Virus record (IMG/VR): IMGVR_UViG_3300012942_000011
Coordinates: 1-46,784 of that record
Reading direction: 5' to 3' (one strand)
Length of the DNA stretch: 46,784 nucleotides
DNA from: a virus
Taxonomy: Duplodnaviria; Caudoviricetes
A program made the translations under genes and the position numbers. The first letter of the stretch is position 1; every line of letters begins with the position of its first letter. Positions 17,812 through 28,050 of the stretch are shown piece by piece. The notes beneath the pieces are model-generated. The model was not told where the DNA came from. It did not search any database and saw only the letters and a program-made list of their open reading frames with translations.

Positions 17812-18534
17812 ATGGCTGATGAATCTGACGTCATCGCCGTCCACAACCTTCAAGTAGAATACGAGCGTTTAACGCAAGACATTCCAAAGAAGGCTGCCGA
17901 GTTGTCCTTGATATATAAGGATATTGAGAAAGCAAAGTCGGAACTCAATAAGATTAACAGCGATAAAGCTATTGCTCTCAAAGAGATTGAAGTAGCTTCA
18001 AACAGCCTCCAAGCTGACGTTGAGAATCACAACAAAAATAAGGCAGATTTCGAGCAACATAAGCTCGATACTAAGGACGAGATTAAAGACCTTGACACGA
18101 AGCTAAAAGCTGCAGTCAAGGAACTTTCTCGTGTCAATCAACAAGTCCTGCATGCTGAGGAAGAGTATCAGAAGTACCAAGAGTTGCTCAAAGACATTGA
18201 CGATAAGAAAGTTGAGCTAGTGCTCGTGCTTGCTGAGGTAGAACGCCAACGCGAAATGGTTGTCTTCCTGGAGGAAGAAAAGGGTAAGATACTTGGAGAT
18301 ATATCTACTTCGCATGAGCAGTCTGAAATTAAACTTAACGAAGCGAGGAAGGAACTTGAGACTCTAGTACGCCTTGCGGACGAGAAGACGAACGAAGCTG
18401 AACAAGCTAAGTATCGTCTAAAGACATACACTGACCAGTTGTACAAGCATATGAACGACTATCAGATTGTCAGGGCTCGTCTCGAAGGAATCTGGAAGCA
18501 AACTTTCCCAGAACTCGATTTGCCTCTATCGTAA
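17812..18534 (+). CDS. Long coiled-coil protein
   Basis: Heptad E/K/L-rich sequence. Confidence 0.7.
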   Translation: MADESDVIAVHNLQVEYERLTQDIPKKAAELSLIYKDIEKAKSELNKINSDKAIALKEIEVASNSLQADVENHNKNKADFEQHKLDTKDEIKDLDTKLKAAVKELSRVNQQVLHAEEEYQKYQELLKDIDDKKVELVLVLAEVERQREMVVFLEEEKGKILGDISTSHEQSEIKLNEARKELETLVRLADEKTNEAEQAKYRLKTYTDQLYKHMNDYQIVRARLEGIWKQTFPELDLPLS

Positions 18535-18535
18535 T

Positions 18536-19978
18536 ATGTCTCTAATCCCTGTAACAGAGTTCGGCGCACAGTTCACACAAAGCGAGGTTATATTCCTTGC
18601 TAATCTTGCTGACCATGTTTACACGGACGGACAGCTGATTATCGGCAACAGTTCTACTGGCGGAGTTTCGTTCAACACACTTACTGCAGGAGCAAACATT
18701 ACTATCACGAATGGTAATGGAACGATTGAGATTGCAGCAACAGGTTCAACAGGTGTCAATTCGGTAACAGGAACGAGTAATCGTATCACTGTTAACAATA
18801 CTGACCCAGCTAATCCTGTCGTTGATATCGCTGCTACATATGTAGGGCAGACCTCAATCACGACACTCGGCACTATTGCTACTGGTACTTGGAATGCTAC
18901 AGCTATTGCTGACGGTAAAATCGCATCAGCTCTCACAGGAAAGACCTATAACGGCTTGACTGTCACTACGACTACTGGTACGCTTACTATCACAAACGGT
19001 AAGACACTATCTGCCTCGAATACTCTTACATTCACAGGCACTGATGGTAGTTCAGTAGCATTTGGAGCGGGCGGTACAGTGCTCTACTCAACAAGCGCAG
19101 CCAACTTGACTGTTGGTAGCTCAACTATCACATCAGGTACCAATACACGCATTCTCTATAACAACTCAGGTGTTCTAGGAGAATACACGCTATCTGGTTC
19201 AGGTACAGTGGTAGCGATGGCTACAAGTCCAGTATTTACTACTCCTACTCTCGGCGTAGCATCTGCAACCTCAATCAACAAAGTCACTATTACTGCTCCT
19301 GCTACAGGAAGTACTTTGACTATTGCTGACGGCAAGACACTTACAGCAAGCGTAACGATGACGCTTCAAGGCGGTGACGCGTCTGTACTGTCTATCGCAG
19401 CATCAAAGACATTTACTGTCTCTAACACGCTTACATTTACTGGTACCGACAGCTCATCTGTTGCATTTGGCGCAGGTGGTACTGTTGCATACACAGCAAA
19501 TAACCTTGGTGTATTCGCTGCTTCTACATCAGCAGCTATCGGAGTAGGGACTATCGAGCTTGGTGCTGCATCTGATACCACGCTTTCTCGTGCTGCTGCT
19601 GGTGACCTTGCTGTTGAAGGTGTCTCAGTATTGACGACCTCAAACTCAAAGACAGTTACGAATAAGCGCAATCAACCGCGCACCTCAACGAGTGCTTCAG
19701 GCGATATCACACCTGACCTCGCAACCGCAAACGTATATCAGCGCACAGCACAAGCAGCTGCAATTACGATTAACGCTCCTACAGGTACTCCTGTACTCGG
19801 TGAAACTCTCGCATTCATGCTTGCTGGTAACGGTTCAGACCAAACGCTGACAATGAACGCTGCTTTCATTCCTTACGGGGCAGCTTTTGCAACAAAGATT
19901 TCGGCTGGTAAGAAGCTCTACATCACAGCACACTACAACGGCACGAACTGGATTACTCTTATGGCTAACGAAGTCTAG
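18536..19978 (+). CDS. Tail fibre-like protein
   Basis: Thr/Gly/Ser-rich with duplicated SNTLTFTGTDxSSVAFGAGGTV block; start at ATG 18536. Confidence 0.75.
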   Translation: MSLIPVTEFGAQFTQSEVIFLANLADHVYTDGQLIIGNSSTGGVSFNTLTAGANITITNGNGTIEIAATGSTGVNSVTGTSNRITVNNTDPANPVVDIAATYVGQTSITTLGTIATGTWNATAIADGKIASALTGKTYNGLTVTTTTGTLTITNGKTLSASNTLTFTGTDGSSVAFGAGGTVLYSTSAANLTVGSSTITSGTNTRILYNNSGVLGEYTLSGSGTVVAMATSPVFTTPTLGVASATSINKVTITAPATGSTLTIADGKTLTASVTMTLQGGDASVLSIAASKTFTVSNTLTFTGTDSSSVAFGAGGTVAYTANNLGVFAASTSAAIGVGTIELGAASDTTLSRAAAGDLAVEGVSVLTTSNSKTVTNKRNQPRTSTSASGDITPDLATANVYQRTAQAAAITINAPTGTPVLGETLAFMLAGNGSDQTLTMNAAFIPYGAAFATKISAGKKLYITAHYNGTNWITLMANEV

Positions 19979-19979
19979 T

Positions 19980-20705
19980 ATGAAGAAGACTATCTATCTT
20001 CTCAACATCGATAACTACTCGCCCGAGATTACGGCGATTACATATCCTTTGATTGAACGCTACGCAAAGAAGATTCAAGCTGATATCGTCTATATCACAG
20101 AGCGTAAGACTCCTGAAGCATCTGCTGTCTACGAGAAGCTTCAAATCTACGAGATGGAAAAGGAACGACAGAGCGATTGGATTATCTACATTGACTCTGA
20201 TGCTCTTGTACATCCAGATACGTTTGACTTTACAGCAATACTGCCTGATGACACGATATTCCAATACGGAAATGATTTCTCTCCTACGCGGTTTCGTCCT
20301 AACGAACATATGTTGAAAGACAAGCGGTTCATTGGGACTTGTAACTGGTTCACAGTTGTTCCAAAGAAATGTATTGAACTATTCAATCCTGATATCGGAA
20401 TGACTCTAGAAGAGATTTACGCTGAATGCTTCCCAACTCAAGCAGAATCATTCCGCTTTGACCGCAAGCATCTCATTGACGACTATATCGTATCTACGAA
20501 CCTAGCTAAGCATGGGTTCAACTATATGACAATGAAAGACTTGAATGCTAAGTACTCAGGTACTAATGGCGACTGGTTTCATCACAACTACTTGATTTCT
20601 GAGGATGAAAAGATTCGTCGCTTAAAAGAGCATCAAGTAGCTTGGTGCGAAACCGACCATGTAATGATTGACATTGAGAACAGAAGTAAGTCAATAGAAA
20701 CATGA
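19980..20705 (+). CDS. GT-A fold glycosyltransferase (GT8/GT34-like)
   Basis: YAKKIQAD...YEKLQI...WIIYIDSDALV (DxD motif); start at ATG 19980 (TAG-T-ATG). Confidence 0.75.
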   Translation: MKKTIYLLNIDNYSPEITAITYPLIERYAKKIQADIVYITERKTPEASAVYEKLQIYEMEKERQSDWIIYIDSDALVHPDTFDFTAILPDDTIFQYGNDFSPTRFRPNEHMLKDKRFIGTCNWFTVVPKKCIELFNPDIGMTLEEIYAECFPTQAESFRFDRKHLIDDYIVSTNLAKHGFNYMTMKDLNAKYSGTNGDWFHHNYLISEDEKIRRLKEHQVAWCETDHVMIDIENRSKSIET

Positions 20706-21634
20706 GGAGTATAACTTTACGAGCATTAGTAGTAGGAGGTGGCGGTGGAGCTACAGATGATAACCGCCCTCGAAACCCTGGCTCTGGCGGTGGGCAAGTT
20801 CAGGATGTAAACACACTCCGCTTTGTAGCAGGTACATATACTGTAACGGTAGGAGCTGGCGGGGGTAATAATCTTCCGGGTGGCTACTCAGAAATCGCAG
20901 GTGTATTGCGCTCTATTGGTGGAGGTGCATCTAAAGGCATCGGTTCTATTCCTGGTGGAGATGGAGCAAATGGAGGCGGTTGCACTACTTCAACAGGTAT
21001 ACCTGGTAGGAGCCTTGTCGGAGGATATAACGGAGGTGCTGGTAACAACTCATCCACGACTGGTAATGCTGGCGGCGGTGCTGGTGCTGGCGGAGATGGT
21101 ACTAGCGGTGCCGGCGGTGGCGGTGGCGGTCCTGGTCTAAACTCGGATATCACAGATGTATCAACTGCTTATGGCGCAGGTAGTAGCTCGGGTCCTACTG
21201 GTACTGCTACTGCTAACACAGGCAACGGCGGTGCTGTAGGTGGTTCTGGAATTGTCATCCTTCGATGGAATCCTACTACTCTCGCAAATGCTGGTTTCAC
21301 AATCTCATTTACAGGAGGCTCTACCACAACCGGACTCACGGGAGGCGATAGTATTCGCACTTGGACATCAAGTGGTAGCTTTACTATCGCTAACCGCACC
21401 GACTACACACTTTCAGGCAATGTAACTTTGAATGGAAGTGCACTTAGCGGTGCTACTGTTCGTGTCATTAGGCAATCTGATAACACGACAGTAGATTATG
21501 CTACTACCGACGGTAGCGGCAACTGGTCAATGCAAGGTGTCTCGCCAAACGAGTATTACGACTGCGTAGTAGAGTATACTACGGGCGGCGTGTATTACAA
21601 TGCTAAAAATCAGTGGCACGTAGCTCCTGTCTAG
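20702..21634 (+). CDS. Glycine-rich-domain virion protein with C-terminal prealbumin-like domain
   Basis: LVVGGGGG...YTVTVGAGG...GGSGIVILRW; LSGNVTLNGSALSGATV...TTDGSGNWS. Confidence 0.7.
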   Translation: MRSITLRALVVGGGGGATDDNRPRNPGSGGGQVQDVNTLRFVAGTYTVTVGAGGGNNLPGGYSEIAGVLRSIGGGASKGIGSIPGGDGANGGGCTTSTGIPGRSLVGGYNGGAGNNSSTTGNAGGGAGAGGDGTSGAGGGGGGPGLNSDITDVSTAYGAGSSSGPTGTATANTGNGGAVGGSGIVILRWNPTTLANAGFTISFTGGSTTTGLTGGDSIRTWTSSGSFTIANRTDYTLSGNVTLNGSALSGATVRVIRQSDNTTVDYATTDGSGNWSMQGVSPNEYYDCVVEYTTGGVYYNAKNQWHVAPV

Positions 21635-21638
21635 AGAT

Positions 21639-21794
21639 ATGGCTTACACACCTCCAGCAGGAAATGCGGTTAATTTCGCTCTAACGTCGTTTACACCTCC
21701 GGCCGGGAACGCTGTCAACTTCGAAATGAATGAGCAAGAAGCAGCGTACTATGCAATGATGGTGACAATGCTGATAACAGGAGGGTTTATGTAA
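21639..21794 (+). CDS. 51-aa protein with tandem TPPAGNAVNF repeat (not in ORF track)
   Basis: MAYTPPAGNAVNFALTSFTPPAGNAVNFEM...; the two repeat copies differ only at synonymous sites. Confidence 0.8.
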   Translation: MAYTPPAGNAVNFALTSFTPPAGNAVNFEMNEQEAAYYAMMVTMLITGGFM

Positions 21795-21801
21795 CAAGCG
21801 T

Positions 21802-22083
21802 ATGGGTATGCCAAATGACCACGATTTACTAATTGAGTTGAGGACCGAGATGAAAGCTTTAAGAGCTGATATTAAAGAGATTAAAGACGGTACTGCAACT
21901 CGCCTAGCAGCTCTTGAGGAGCATAAGCTAGATAAGCAAGAAGCTGATAGACTATATCAAGAACACCTTAAGAAGCACGATGACTTCGAAACTCGATTGA
22001 GATTCATTGAGAAGTATATGTGGGCTGCTATCGGTATTCTTGGTGTAGTTCAGATAGCAATCCAATTCTTCTATGGCGGATAA
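21802..22083 (+). CDS. Coiled-coil protein with C-terminal TM helix (XhlA/holin-like)
   Basis: ETRLRFIEKYMWAAIGILGVVQIAIQFF. Confidence 0.6.
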   Translation: MGMPNDHDLLIELRTEMKALRADIKEIKDGTATRLAALEEHKLDKQEADRLYQEHLKKHDDFETRLRFIEKYMWAAIGILGVVQIAIQFFYGG

Positions 22084-22651
22084 CAGCCTACAGCAAATCC
22101 AGCAAGTACTAACTGAGCTACAGAATCGTGTTAGAGAGCTTGAAAAGACTATGGCTACTCACGACCATAGCGGTGCAAAGACTGTACCTATTGCTCAGAA
22201 CGATTTGACACCGAACATTCGAGCTTCTGGTAGCATTACGATGTCTACTGACGGACAAACATATAGCTTGGGTGTTATCACGAATCCTACGCAGGTATTG
22301 TTCTATGGGTTCGCAGTTCATACTTCAGGCGGTAGCGTTGATATTCGCTCTCATGTTGTAGGTTGCGCTCAACTCGGTAAGTCATTCTACTTCCAACCGC
22401 AAGATAGCAATTCAGTTGTTCAAGGAGGGCTTCCGCAGAATATCGTACAGTCATCATCCGCGTTTACTATCGGAGCATCTCAAGTATCTACAGTATCTGA
22501 AGGACACCTTATTTCAGTGGGATATCCAAATAACTCGGCAGCTAACATCGTAGCACGCGCCACAGTTACTGAGTTTAGCGTTGACCATGTATCGGTAACA
22601 GTTAGCCTTGCAACAGATTGGTCTATTGTCGGGAACTTTGTCGTAACTTAG
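22073..22651 (+). CDS. Putative tail protein
   Basis: Coiled coil followed by THDHSG and a beta domain. Confidence 0.6.
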   Translation: MADNSLQQIQQVLTELQNRVRELEKTMATHDHSGAKTVPIAQNDLTPNIRASGSITMSTDGQTYSLGVITNPTQVLFYGFAVHTSGGSVDIRSHVVGCAQLGKSFYFQPQDSNSVVQGGLPQNIVQSSSAFTIGASQVSTVSEGHLISVGYPNNSAANIVARATVTEFSVDHVSVTVSLATDWSIVGNFVVT

Positions 22652-22694
22652 TTATCTGTAGATTCACCGACCATATAAAACATAGAATCAACGT

Positions 22695-25541
22695 ATGGCA
22701 AAGATTACTCTAGACCTGACAGGCTCCGCTGGACTCGCATCGAAGTTCATGGGAGACCTCAACGATACCACAGCGCAGCCGCAACTGCGTTATATTGCTG
22801 AGGCTGGGCAGGTTGCTGACGGTATCTACGACCCACTTCGCGTTGAAGGCTATATGTCTCCTGCGAACAATACTTACACAGCATTGACTGGGACTATCAC
22901 TGATGAGTATATCGCAAAGGTATATTCTGCATCTCAAAATACTGTCTATCTTGCTGAAAAAGGTGTGAATATGGGGACACTGTCAGGTCTCGATGATACT
23001 TCTGTTACTGAGACAGCGTTCTTTACTGAGAACTCTCGCTTCCGCGATTTGCGTCAATACGAGATTAACGACCAAGAAGCAATCTTCTATCCTTGGATAA
23101 AAGATACTCCTACGACAAGCAGCGTACCGAATGTATACCTCGGCTACAAGGCTGTGAATCCTGCTCGCGGTGCTTTTCAAATTGCATCTGTTGTCTCTGA
23201 AACACTTTCAATAGACGAGCAATACGGAGAGCTAATTGCAAGTACTGGATATCAAGCTCTCGGAGAAGAGTTTTCAACTGGTGACTTCTTTACAGGAAAT
23301 CAAGCTCCTGTAACAGGACTTCGCGTGCGTCTCAATATGCCGTATGTCGGTACAACGCAGTCATGGACACTTCAAGTAGGTATCCAGACAGATAGTGCAA
23401 GCGCACCGAGCGGTACATTTGTTACTGGAGCTGTAGTAAACATTGACCCGAACGACCTACCACAAGGCGATTACGACTATGTGTATGTAACCTTTAATGA
23501 CACAGTTTATCTTGACCCGGGAACTGTCTATCACATCGTTGTTCAACCGCAAACATATGGAGCACTTGGTGCTAATGAAGGTGTGTATTGGCTTCGCTCT
23601 GATGGCGGTAACTCTCTCTATACTGATGGACGAGCAGAAGTTAATAACGGTTCATGGAGCAACACATCAACATCAGAATCATTTGACTTCGCTATTATTC
23701 TCAATCGTTGGGACTATGTAGGAGACACGGAACGCGATACATCTATTCAGTTTGATAGTGCAGGTCAAGGAAGTGCTACTTCAGCAACGACACTCACTTA
23801 CACTCACACGACCACGCATGATGATAATCCAGGAATGTTTATCTTCTTTGCGATTAACACGACTTCAGACCATGCTACCGGAGTGACTGTTGATGGCGTA
23901 GCAGCTACATTCCTACAGAAAGTCGCAGATGCGTCAAACTACTACTATGCCTATTCTATTACAGGCGTAGGAGCGGGCGCACACTCAATCGTGATTACGC
24001 TTTCAAACGCGCATAACATTGACGCTATTAGCAACGCTTACTACGGAGTTAGCCAGACAGCAATGGTTAACTACTCTAGCTTCCTGACAAAGACAAGCTC
24101 CGGAACATACAACATCGGAACCTTTACAACCGGTGGAGAAATCTGGGTGGACTTTATCGCTACTCCAGGAGCTGTCTCAACAGGAACTGTCAATGCTACA
24201 CAGCGAGGGACGAATAGCAGCAATACTGCGATTAAGACATTTGATTCCGGTACTCCTAGCCCTGATGGCTCATTCAATCAAACCTGGACCTGTACTCCAG
24301 ACGCGACTTGGCGTAACTGCTTCATTCTCGTCAATCCAGCACTTGCCTCTTCGCTGCCGAATGTTCCGGGACTTACAGAAGGAGATGACGAAAGTATATT
24401 CTTGCACCCAGCACAGAACGGATTCTTGTATCTGTTCACTAACAACCGCGTGCATAAGTTTGACGGAGGTCTCACAGGAACATCATATGTTGATGGAATA
24501 AATCTTGACTCTGGTCTACAAACTCCAGGCATCTTGTCTCCCGATGTTCTCTTGTTCCCGTCCTATATGCGAACAGTTGACTGCGTGGACTATAACAGCA
24601 TGGCGTATATCGCTATTGAATCATCAGACGCAAGTGAACCTGACACGAGAACATTCCCAGCTAATATCTGCGGTGTTTATTCTTGGGACTATCAGTCTAT
24701 TCTCTCTACGATTCGCAACTTCCAACCTTGTCCAGGAGCCAGGAACATTAAGCGTATCTTCCTAAACAATGACGGAGATATTCGCCTCATCACAGTAAAC
24801 AATAACCGCTTTACTGAAGTTCGCGGACTTGTGAATGGAAACTTTGAAGTGCTGTTTACGCTCGGTGTAGACGCATATCCTATCTATCGAGATGCGCTTG
24901 ACTACCTCGATAACATGGTTGTGTGGCTCGGTAAAGACGGAAATACTTACGCACTTGGTAAAGCAACTAAGGGCGGTAAGGAAGGCATTTTCAAGATTGG
25001 TACCATCTCAGGTCTCAAAGGAAGTGCTGATAGTATCACTTCAGATATCATCGTTACAGGATTCAATCTTGCGTCTCAACAGCGAGATGGAATTCTCGTA
25101 GCATACAAGACTACTGATGACGATGTAGATACGAATAAGCTAGCTCGCTGGTATCCTCACGGAACTGGAACGATTGACACAGTTGCACAGAAGCCGAATG
25201 CTGGCGGAGTGTTCTCAACAGTGCTCATGTTCCCAACGCTTGCAAAGGTCAATTACATTCGTGTATTCCATGCTCCGGTCGGTAGTAGTGGAACGACTGT
25301 TAAAGGAACTATCGCTACATATGTCAATCAATCAACAACACCAGCGAGAACTGATAATGTTACTGCACTCCTTATCAAGAAAGGATATCAGTATGTCAAA
25401 CTCGGTCAGGCTCTTACAAGTGCTGTATTCGCACTTCAATTCCAACTCAACTGGACTACAAGCCAAACGCTAGACCAAAACGCGGATTGGATGCCTCGCT
25501 TTGTTGAAGTAGATTACGATGAGCTTACAAAACTCTTCTAA
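22695..25541 (+). CDS. Large tail protein (nozzle/stabilization-like with inserted beta-sandwich domains)
   Basis: 948 aa, beta-rich, in podovirus tail position. Confidence 0.6.
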   Translation: MAKITLDLTGSAGLASKFMGDLNDTTAQPQLRYIAEAGQVADGIYDPLRVEGYMSPANNTYTALTGTITDEYIAKVYSASQNTVYLAEKGVNMGTLSGLDDTSVTETAFFTENSRFRDLRQYEINDQEAIFYPWIKDTPTTSSVPNVYLGYKAVNPARGAFQIASVVSETLSIDEQYGELIASTGYQALGEEFSTGDFFTGNQAPVTGLRVRLNMPYVGTTQSWTLQVGIQTDSASAPSGTFVTGAVVNIDPNDLPQGDYDYVYVTFNDTVYLDPGTVYHIVVQPQTYGALGANEGVYWLRSDGGNSLYTDGRAEVNNGSWSNTSTSESFDFAIILNRWDYVGDTERDTSIQFDSAGQGSATSATTLTYTHTTTHDDNPGMFIFFAINTTSDHATGVTVDGVAATFLQKVADASNYYYAYSITGVGAGAHSIVITLSNAHNIDAISNAYYGVSQTAMVNYSSFLTKTSSGTYNIGTFTTGGEIWVDFIATPGAVSTGTVNATQRGTNSSNTAIKTFDSGTPSPDGSFNQTWTCTPDATWRNCFILVNPALASSLPNVPGLTEGDDESIFLHPAQNGFLYLFTNNRVHKFDGGLTGTSYVDGINLDSGLQTPGILSPDVLLFPSYMRTVDCVDYNSMAYIAIESSDASEPDTRTFPANICGVYSWDYQSILSTIRNFQPCPGARNIKRIFLNNDGDIRLITVNNNRFTEVRGLVNGNFEVLFTLGVDAYPIYRDALDYLDNMVVWLGKDGNTYALGKATKGGKEGIFKIGTISGLKGSADSITSDIIVTGFNLASQQRDGILVAYKTTDDDVDTNKLARWYPHGTGTIDTVAQKPNAGGVFSTVLMFPTLAKVNYIRVFHAPVGSSGTTVKGTIATYVNQSTTPARTDNVTALLIKKGYQYVKLGQALTSAVFALQFQLNWTTSQTLDQNADWMPRFVEVDYDELTKLF

Positions 25542-25588
25542 GAAGTATCTAGTGAGTTTATTGAAGAACCTACTAAACTAACTATAAC

Positions 25589-26812
25589 ATGGCAACAGAC
25601 CTGGCCTATCTCGTACAACTCGCCAAAGACCGTATCCGCGATGAAAGCGGGCAGTCTATTGACTTTGAAGAGAATGGCTTTCGCGCCATTAACTCCACGC
25701 TTCAGATTTGGAATGAGGTTCACGACTGGCCTTGGACTATCAAGACACAGAATATCAACTACAATCAAGGCATCTTTGAGTATCCGATTACGGGAGCTAT
25801 TCCCGATTTCAAGTATCCTTTGACACTGAAGTACTACAAGCCGCCCATGAAGTACAACGAATTCTGGATGGTTTCGCCACTCAGATTCGACTCTGCATAC
25901 ATCTATGCGGATAGGTTCGCCATTAAGAATGACTTTGGACGCCAAAGCATCCAGATTCACTCTGCAATAGGTCTCAATGCGTCTATCCAGACTGCAACGG
26001 ACTATAATTCTAATGGTACCTGGGTTGGAGCGGGCGCAATCTCCAATGTTGGTACAGACCAATATGAAGGATATCGCCTCCCGAGTTCCGTCAGTTTTGT
26101 CTATAACGGTACTTCTGGTACTCTCACTAACAGTACCTTTACCGCTGTCGATTGCAACATTTTCCAGAATCGTGGGAATATCTACTTTTATGTATATCTT
26201 TCCGCGCTTGCTACTAACCTCTCGTTTACGCTTAGGTGGGGGTCAAGTGCATCTGATTACTTCCAGGGTTCTGCCACTACTGATTACTGCGGCAATGATT
26301 TCATTGTTGGTTGGAATATCATTAAGATTAGTTGGAGCAATATTCCAACTACCGTAGGTTCGCCAAACGCGCAAGAGATTACATACCTCGAAATGACGAT
26401 GGCTTCCGATAATACTAATATCGGACAGGTCCTCGTACAAAACTTCATGGTATGTGAAAACATTCCTCTAACCTTGACTTACTACTCGGTAAACATGGTA
26501 GAGGCTGCTGACGATGGCGAGCAAACACAAACATTCCAGGACGCAACTGACACTGATGACTTCCCACTATGGAGCGGTAGGTGGGATGTAGCATCAGAGG
26601 CGTTCACGGATTCTGTCTTGCAGATTCTTTTCTGGATGACAGGTGAGTATACTGACTTCTCGATTGCGATGTCAAAGATTCAAGATATTATTACTCCGTT
26701 AAAGCAACGATATCCTTCGCAACGTCGCTACCCGACAATGCAGATTATTGCTGATGTTAACTTCCAGAGTGGAGGTCCGAATGGCCAATACGACGGTAAT
26801 CCTGACTGGTAA
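25589..26812 (+). CDS. Head-tail adaptor/tail tubular protein with inserted domain
   Basis: N-terminal AINSTLQIWNEVHDWPW...YPI...PDF adaptor-like motif; VGWNIIKISW insert. Confidence 0.6.
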   Translation: MATDLAYLVQLAKDRIRDESGQSIDFEENGFRAINSTLQIWNEVHDWPWTIKTQNINYNQGIFEYPITGAIPDFKYPLTLKYYKPPMKYNEFWMVSPLRFDSAYIYADRFAIKNDFGRQSIQIHSAIGLNASIQTATDYNSNGTWVGAGAISNVGTDQYEGYRLPSSVSFVYNGTSGTLTNSTFTAVDCNIFQNRGNIYFYVYLSALATNLSFTLRWGSSASDYFQGSATTDYCGNDFIVGWNIIKISWSNIPTTVGSPNAQEITYLEMTMASDNTNIGQVLVQNFMVCENIPLTLTYYSVNMVEAADDGEQTQTFQDATDTDDFPLWSGRWDVASEAFTDSVLQILFWMTGEYTDFSIAMSKIQDIITPLKQRYPSQRRYPTMQIIADVNFQSGGPNGQYDGNPDW

Positions 26813-26814
26813 CT

Positions 26815-28047
26815 ATGGCTACTAAATCTCTTTCAACAGGTGTTCCAAAGATAACTACTTACGACCCGTCCTCGGCGGCGAGCCTCGGTAAGTCTTTGAA
26901 TAATCAGTTTGAGCAGAGCGACCAGTACACAGGTATCCTTGACCGCTACAATCAAGCACAAGGAGCAACCGCTGCTAACACACAGCAAACAGGTCAGTAT
27001 ATCTCTTCAATGTATGGAGGGAACATTGACTATGAAAAGCTCCAGACTGGAGTAGCTAAGCAAGGTGCTCTTGAATCTCGCCGTGGCTTTGCTACTAATG
27101 TTGCAGCACTCACTAACTTGCAGAAGCAAGGTGACCAGCGTGTTAAAGCATTGACTGACCAAGCCAATCAGGCACTCATGGCGAATAACGCTGCTGGTGC
27201 TCAAGCATTGTCCGACCTCGCAGTTCAGGAGCAAACAGCTATCACGACTGCTCGTACCAACTTCCTTAATCAGTACTTTGCTACTCAACAGGAAGCTCGT
27301 TCTCAAGCATCGTTCCGCACGCCAGAACAAACAGCAGCTATTGCTCTTGCTCAACAGTACCCAGACGCAGGTATTGCTCCGGGAGACGACCTACAAGCAG
27401 CTCAACAGAAGATTCTCCAGTCTCCTGTCTACAAGAATGCACAGCAAAAGGTTCTGCAAGATATCGAGAGCGCAAAGGCACAAGCACTTCTCAACAGCAC
27501 GCAAGCTCAATACCTACCAGAACAGGTCAAGGCACAGCTTATGCAAGCTGCTGCATCTCAAACGAGTGCTGGAGCAGCTGTTACAAGCGCAAACGCACAA
27601 GCACAACTTGCGGGCGCACAGTCCGAGCAGACTCGATTCCTTACAGATATGTACAAAGGTGGTGGAACTGGCGGCCAAGCACAAGATGTGTCAGGACTCC
27701 TTAACGGTTCTATTACTCCACAGTCACTCCAAGCAAAGTACGCTAATGTGCCGAATGGAGGTCTTATCGTCTCTAATATCCTCAGTCAAGCGCAATCGCA
27801 AGGCTACAATCTCAATAGCGGGACTCTTGCAGGTCTTGCACAGCAAAAGCAGACAGAAACGCTCAACTCAGGAAACCTACTCGGAGGTATCGGTCTTCGC
27901 TTGAATAACCTCTTCGACACAGGACAAAAGAGTCTCTACCAAGCAACAGATGTAGGAAGCATGCTACATCCGTCAACAGGAGCTACTCAGAATGTTCTAG
28001 GTAAGACATATAAGTTCGATGGTAAGAACTGGGTTCTTCAAAAGTAA
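26815..28047 (+). CDS. Internal virion (ejection) protein
   Basis: Gln/Ala-rich helical protein after tail genes. Confidence 0.65.
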   Translation: MATKSLSTGVPKITTYDPSSAASLGKSLNNQFEQSDQYTGILDRYNQAQGATAANTQQTGQYISSMYGGNIDYEKLQTGVAKQGALESRRGFATNVAALTNLQKQGDQRVKALTDQANQALMANNAAGAQALSDLAVQEQTAITTARTNFLNQYFATQQEARSQASFRTPEQTAAIALAQQYPDAGIAPGDDLQAAQQKILQSPVYKNAQQKVLQDIESAKAQALLNSTQAQYLPEQVKAQLMQAAASQTSAGAAVTSANAQAQLAGAQSEQTRFLTDMYKGGGTGGQAQDVSGLLNGSITPQSLQAKYANVPNGGLIVSNILSQAQSQGYNLNSGTLAGLAQQKQTETLNSGNLLGGIGLRLNNLFDTGQKSLYQATDVGSMLHPSTGATQNVLGKTYKFDGKNWVLQK

Positions 28048-28050
28048 TTC

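Noticed and set aside
18960-19500. Diversity-generating retroelement or DNA repeat in the tail fibre
   Set aside because: The duplicated block differs at synonymous sites of all bases, not adenines only; no reverse transcriptase present
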